DNA from: Methanobacterium sp.
GTDB taxonomy: Archaea > Methanobacteriota > Methanobacteria > Methanobacteriales > Methanobacteriaceae
Reading direction: 5' to 3'
Assembly (NCBI GenBank): GCA_003166335.1
Contig: PMWA01000057.1
Span: 11,280-56,822 of the forward strand
DNA: 45,543 nucleotides
This document shows positions 42,184 to 45,543 of the stretch, piece after piece. The notes beneath the pieces are model-generated. The model did no database searches. It saw nothing but the letters and a program-made list of their open reading frames with translations, and was not told the DNA's origin. Position 1 is the stretch's first letter. Each line of letters opens with the position of its first letter. A program made the position numbers and the translations under genes.

Positions 42184-42963
42184 GTGAGCAAATTGGAAAA
42201 AACCAGACTAGTTAATTTCGTGGCCAAGATAATGGAAGAATCCGGGTTCAAAGCCTATAAGAACTTTCAAACATCTCGTCATATAATAGATATTTACGGT
42301 GTCCTACCAACAATTTTAGGAGATATCGGTGTTGTAGTGGCGGTTAAAAATTATGATGAAAGATGGGAAGTTGGACTCGATGTTTTGAAAGAAATGGAAA
42401 TGGTAGCCAAAACCGTGAAAGCATCCAAGATTGTAATATTTAGCAGCTCATATTTTACCGAGAGTGCATCTGAGTATGCAGATAAAAGAAATATAAACTT
42501 GATAAATAAAGATGGGCTGATGAAGCTTGCCAAAAAATTCTCCAAAAGAAATTCAGAAGTAGAAGGAGTTGATGAAGAAGATGAAAACACCGAAACAAGT
42601 TATATACCTTCATCATCAAGTCCTATAAATTTTTTTAACGGTAAAAAAAAGAGTTTAAATAAAGGAGGTTCTAGTAAAGGAAGTATAAACATTAGTTTAG
42701 GACCTTCTAAAGCAATTTTAAGCAATACAATAGCCCTTATTATAATCGTTTTACTTATATCTTCTTTGTTGACATATATCGTAAGCTTGAATTATAAGAA
42801 TACAGCCTATCTTGGCATGACCAAAATAATTTCTTCAGCTATATTATCATATGGACTGGTTTTACTTTTACAAAGAGATTTAATGTCATTATTAGTGAAA
42901 GGAACAATGGTATTCTTTGCATCTCTTATAATATACGTAATCCTAATTTTAATTGGAGTCTAA
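42184..42963 (+). CDS. Restriction-endonuclease-fold (Mrr-like) domain with three C-terminal transmembrane helices
   Basis: IDIYG...VAVKNY and FSSSYFTESA...NINLINKDGL pattern; hydrophobic C-terminus. Confidence 0.6.
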   Translation: MSKLEKTRLVNFVAKIMEESGFKAYKNFQTSRHIIDIYGVLPTILGDIGVVVAVKNYDERWEVGLDVLKEMEMVAKTVKASKIVIFSSSYFTESASEYADKRNINLINKDGLMKLAKKFSKRNSEVEGVDEEDENTETSYIPSSSSPINFFNGKKKSLNKGGSSKGSINISLGPSKAILSNTIALIIIVLLISSLLTYIVSLNYKNTAYLGMTKIISSAILSYGLVLLLQRDLMSLLVKGTMVFFASLIIYVILILIGV

Positions 42964-43027
42964 AAAAAATCTTTAATAATATTTAATTTTTCCTAATGAA
43001 CTTTAGAATTGTTTAAAAAAGTTATAG

Positions 43028-43099
<72 letters not shown>

Positions 43100-43166
43100 T
43101 TATTAATAAATTCACAAACTAAAAAAAATCAAATTTAATTATTATAAAAAATTTATAAATAAATTG

Positions 43167-43242
<76 letters not shown>

Positions 43243-43268
43243 ATCATTTCAGTTATGGTGTGGAAGGA

Positions 43269-43284
43269 TATATAAAGTTTTTCC
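43269..43284 (-). promoter_or_regulatory. BRE/TATA promoter of the tRNA-Val pair
   Basis: GGAAAAAC-TTTATATA on the minus strand, about 28 bp upstream of the first tRNA. Confidence 0.7.
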
Positions 43285-43491
43285 AAAAAAAATTGAACTT
43301 ATAAGAAATATTTTTTTTCTTTTTACATCTATCTTTATATGTTTTGATTAATTAATTATTGAAAATATGGTTAGTTATTATAGTTTATGTTATTAATAAT
43401 TAAATTTCTATAAATGTTAAGATGAATCTATTTATGGAATAAATTCTAATCCTATTATATTATGATTATTCTACTTATGAGTTGATAATTT

Positions 43492-44415
43492 ATGGCATTT
43501 GATGAATCAGGAAAAATATGGTTTAATGGAGAATTTGTTGATTGGATGGATGCTAATGTACACGTTTTATCTCATGTGATACATTATGGTTCCAGTGTCT
43601 TTGAAGGTATGAGGTGCTACCGTACTCAGAAAGGATCCGCAGTTTTCCGAATGAAAGAGCATGTTAAACGTCTTTTTAACTCTGCCAAGATTTATCGTAT
43701 GGAACTGGATTATTCAATGGAAGAATTCTCCCAGGCCATTATCGATACTATAAAGATTAATGAACTAGAAGAATGCTACATCCGACCAATTATATTTAGA
43801 GGATATAATGAATTAGGTATTCATCCTTTGAATAATCCGTTAGAATCTATAATAGCAGTTTGGAGTTGGGGTGAATATTTAGGTGAAGAAGCTTTAGATA
43901 AAGGAGTGGATGTAGGAGTTTCTACTTGGCGACGTATGGCTCCTGACACCTTACCCAACATGGCTAAAGCGGGTGCGAACTATATGAACTCCCAGCTGGC
44001 TAAAATGGAATCTGTACTGAATGATTATCAGGAAGCTATAATGCTGGATTATCAGGGAATGGTAAGTGAAGGAAGTGGAGAAAACGTATTCTTAGTGAAT
44101 GATGGTGTTTTATTTACCCCACCCACCTCAACATCCATACTTCCAGGTATAACAAGAAATTCAGTAATTGCACTAGCGAACGATTTAGGATTAGAAGTAA
44201 AAGAAGAGCAAATACCCAGAGAAATGCTTTACATCGCTGATGAAGTTTTTCTAACCGGTACTGCTGCTGAAATTACCCCAGTAAACTCAATTGATAAAAT
44301 ATTAGTTGGAGATGGATTAAAGGGAGAAATAACAAAGAAATTACAGAACACATTTTTTGATGTCATTAGCGGCACAGTACCTGATAATCATAATTGGTTG
44401 ACTGTTGTGGATTGA
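43492..44415 (+). CDS. ilvE: Branched-chain amino acid aminotransferase
   Basis: [35 protein letters not shown] and [14 protein letters not shown]. Confidence 0.96.
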   Translation: MAFDESGKIWFNGEFVDWMDANVHVLSHVIHYGSSVFEGMRCYRTQKGSAVFRMKEHVKRLFNSAKIYRMELDYSMEEFSQAIIDTIKINELEECYIRPIIFRGYNELGIHPLNNPLESIIAVWSWGEYLGEEALDKGVDVGVSTWRRMAPDTLPNMAKAGANYMNSQLAKMESVLNDYQEAIMLDYQGMVSEGSGENVFLVNDGVLFTPPTSTSILPGITRNSVIALANDLGLEVKEEQIPREMLYIADEVFLTGTAAEITPVNSIDKILVGDGLKGEITKKLQNTFFDVISGTVPDNHNWLTVVD

Positions 44416-44648
44416 TTTAGTCATATAATAGTAATTTTATTAAATCCAAATTAACATTCCATATTTTTTTTTATATTGTAGCTCAAATTTATTGAATAAA
44501 TTTAATAAAAATGCTAAAAAAACAGTTTTCGCTTAATTATCAAATTATTTAGTACACTATTTTCTCATTTAACATGTTTATTTTGTGGAAATTAATATTT
44601 TTAATAAAAAAAAACATATCATATTTTAAATAATGTAAGATAATTTGT

Positions 44649-45543
44649 TTAAAATAATTCCCGGCAAAATTCCTCTGTTTTAATTCTGATATCATCAACA
44701 GAAATCCCTTTAAGAATGGACGCCATCATTGCACCTCCGGCCCCTACACCTTCCTTGACTGATCCTTTAAGATAATTTTTGAGTCCTTCACTCTGGCATT
44801 TTTCAAATTGTGGATCCACAGCAAATATTGGTGTATCAGCAATCTGTCTTGATATATAGTTTATATCGGATGTTTCATCCTCCGCTACAAATCTGGTGGT
44901 AGCTATGGAAAGATTACTCCAATTAAATCTAGGTAACACTTCTTTAATAATCGCACATACTGCGGTCATCTGAGTACCACCAGCCAAAGTTACGGGTATA
45001 GTACAACCAGCTACAATTCCCGCCACAGCTGGGATCATGGGATCTCCCACAACTTCTACAGCTTTAAAAGGGTTTGATTTCAGTTCGCCTGCTTTAAATC
45101 CTGAAGCCTTTAATCCTGACGCTACAATATTCTGTTTCAGTTTATGTGGATTATTAGGCATGCTTCCGCTAACTTTATAATTTCCATCATAGCCCATAGC
45201 AGTTAGAACGCCCAATGCAGTGGTGGTTCCGGCGGGTGTACTTTCACCTATAAAAAGATGATCAGTTAGTTGAGAGATGGTTTCTCCCAGAATTTCACCG
45301 TTAATAAATATTTCTTCAACATTAGAAACCGCAATTCCAGTTTCTATGTTTCCACCAGGTTCAGAATTAATATTCATGTAATTTATATCCGGTTTAATTG
45401 CAGCACCAGCATCAGCCACTAAAAAAGGTATATCAGCCAGTTCTAGCGAAGCTTTAGTTATCACAGCCGGAGTTGGGGCTACTACACCGTCAATTATGGT
45501 TCGAGGTATCTCCTTAAGACTTCGGGTTTCTCCATGCATTACT
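44649..45543 (-). CDS. cobT: Archaeal nicotinate-nucleotide-dependent phosphoribosyltransferase (CobT-like); 5' end probably outside the window
   Basis: PTPAVIT, GESTPAGTTTA, VGDPM, LAGGTQM and VKEGVGAGG. Confidence 0.8.
   Translation of the reverse strand, partial: VMHGETRSLKEIPRTIIDGVVAPTPAVITKASLELADIPFLVADAGAAIKPDINYMNINSEPGGNIETGIAVSNVEEIFINGEILGETISQLTDHLFIGESTPAGTTTALGVLTAMGYDGNYKVSGSMPNNPHKLKQNIVASGLKASGFKAGELKSNPFKAVEVVGDPMIPAVAGIVAGCTIPVTLAGGTQMTAVCAIIKEVLPRFNWSNLSIATTRFVAEDETSDINYISRQIADTPIFAVDPQFEKCQSEGLKNYLKGSVKEGVGAGGAMMASILKGISVDDIRIKTEEFCRELF

Noticed and set aside
953..42590. Short antisense or overlapping ORFs in the track (e.g. 953-1135, 3648-4076, 18648-18941, 19062-19424, 29732-30013, 38429-38950, 42351-42590)
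   Set aside because: They are shadows of well-supported genes, mostly on the opposite strand or in another frame, with no motifs of their own

Overview
AT-rich chromosomal segment of a hydrogenotrophic methanogen, most likely Methanobacteriales (Methanobacterium-like). Supporting genes are mtd, fae-hps, cfbB/cbiA, methanogenesis marker 12, Alba, a pseudomurein-binding repeat protein, archaeal thrS and TRP boxes before trpB2. Most of the window is housekeeping: leuA, trpB2, hisB, thrS, ilvD, argS, purD, ilvB-ilvN-ilvC, surE, ilvE, a cobT-like gene and two tRNA-Val genes. The strongest candidate for an undescribed system is a three-part partition module. It consists of (1) a Soj-type ParA (24088-24873), (2) a translationally coupled 132-aa partner that carries the bacterial ParB/Spo0J N-terminal ParA-stimulating peptide (LGKGLDALI) and a predicted ribbon-helix-helix domain but no ParB CTPase motif, and (3) phased arrays of a 7-bp TTATAAG unit. 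The arrays lie in the parA promoter, directly after the operon, and as a 15-unit array about 7.5 kb away (16051-16155). This layout resembles type Ib plasmid centromeres. Two decayed mobile-element scars are also visible. The one at 13.6-14.6 kb has an unannotated RHH gene, an HExxH pseudogene, an integrase N-terminal remnant and a lox-like palindrome. The one at 24.9-28.4 kb has a HEPN-motif protein and a frameshifted tyrosine recombinase, bracketed by a 16-bp direct repeat. An orphan nitrogenase-like subunit appears to keep both cofactor-ligand positions. All family calls come from motif recognition by eye; no searches were run.
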